A stretch of DNA of 59,976 bases, filler included, from Basidioascus undulatus (Eukaryota): the NCBI GenBank assembly GCA_000826855.1. It is 3 parts of 3 records of this genome, joined end to end, with 100 filler letters (N's around TTAATTAATTAA, not from the genome) between each part and the next. Parts side by side here need not be neighbours in the genome. Positions count along the whole stretch, not along the records: positions 40,055 to 59,976 come from JTLS01000392.1; 2 more parts are not named here. One strand, written 5' to 3'. The position numbers and the translations under genes were made by a program. This document shows, piece after piece, positions 59,226 through 59,976 of this stretch. Each line of letters opens with the position of its first letter. Position 1 is the stretch's first letter. A model generated the notes under the pieces. It had not been told where the DNA came from. It saw nothing but the letters and a program-made list of their open reading frames with translations, and made no database searches.

Positions 59226-59976
59226 ATGCGCACCGCCTTTCTCATCTCCGTCCTCTCCCTGTCGGCTACGGCGCTCGCTTTCGGACTTCCTGCCGTCGCT
59301 GGTGCCGAAGCTGGTCATGGGCTAGCCGCTCGCGCCGCTCAAGCTGATGCTGTTAAATTCACCGGGGACCTCCAAAAGCGCGATGGGTGGCAGCGCGGGG
59401 ATGGGGACAAGGGCAACGGCCACAAGAAGGTGCGTCTTGACGACTGCCAACAACTGCGGGTCTGAACTGGCGCTCATTGACTGTCGTCCTTCGGCAGTAC
59501 TTCCCGAAGAAGTATGGGAAGAAGAAGGATTACAAGGCAAGTCTATGGGTACTGGCCAACTGAGTAACTCGCTCATTTATCAGCTTCGATGTCTTCTTGC
59601 AGCCGAAGCAGCACTACCGCTACAGGCCCAAGAAAGAGTACAAGGTGAGGGTGAGCCGGGAACAGCGTGGTGCAGTTTACAGGAAATTAAAGCTTTTCCC
59701 TGGATCTTTCCTGAGCAGCAGGACGACAAGTACTACGGGCAGCCGGGCAAGAAGCAATACGGCGGGAACGATGACGGGAGCTACTTCAATGACCGTCGCG
59801 ATTCTGGCAATAGCCGCAGGAAAGGGAACAATAGCTCTGGCGGTGGGAACAATGGCGGGAACAACAACAGCAGTGGAAACAACAACGGCCGGTATAATGG
59901 CGGTGGGAATGGGAATGGCGGTGGCCAGCAGGCAGGAGGCCAAGGAGGCGGCAACTCCAACGGCTCAAACTCTCGA
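59226..59976 (+). CDS. Secreted prepro-protein, K/Y-rich then G/N-rich (partial, runs off the end)
   Basis: Signal peptide MRTAFLISVLSLSATALA, QKR| Kex2-type site, phase-0 mini-exons YFPKKYGKKKDYK and PKQHYRYRPKKEYK, then GGNNGGNNNSSGNNNG.... Confidence 0.8.

Noticed and set aside
1..59976. tRNA or rRNA genes
   Set aside because: No convincing cloverleaf or rRNA-like segment seen by eye. tRNAscan-SE would be needed to exclude intron-containing tRNAs.

Overview
Intron-rich, GC-rich fungal genomic DNA. The gene families and GTRMG/GTCCG donors with CTRAC branch sites point to a basidiomycete (inference). The window is not contiguous: three contigs of 19932, 19922 and 19922 bp are joined by identical 100-bp N44-TTAATTAATTAA-N44 linkers. 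Recognisable genes are a Zn2Cys6 transcription factor (partial), a BTB protein, an NADP-dependent MDR oxidoreductase, TFB2, a TfdA/TauD dioxygenase, a stand-alone RNase H, a DDT/WHIM1-type chromatin protein, SUB2/UAP56, a DHA1 MFS transporter, a TPT-family transporter, a homeodomain gene, RPL4, a cytochrome P450, RRP45, an AA9 LPMO and a secreted Gly/Asn-rich protein (partial). Features the ORF track hides are a 1.7-kb non-autonomous CACTA/EnSpm-like transposon and several disrupted genes: F-box, Git3/Gpr1-like GPCR, a small Cys-rich secreted protein and a single-pass membrane protein. These four share a possible 2-nt tandem-duplication frameshift signature while housekeeping genes look intact. 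Splicing is also unusual: a split start codon, micro-exons behind distant branch points, GC-AG introns and a long structured SUB2 intron. Gene models were built by eye and no database searches were run.
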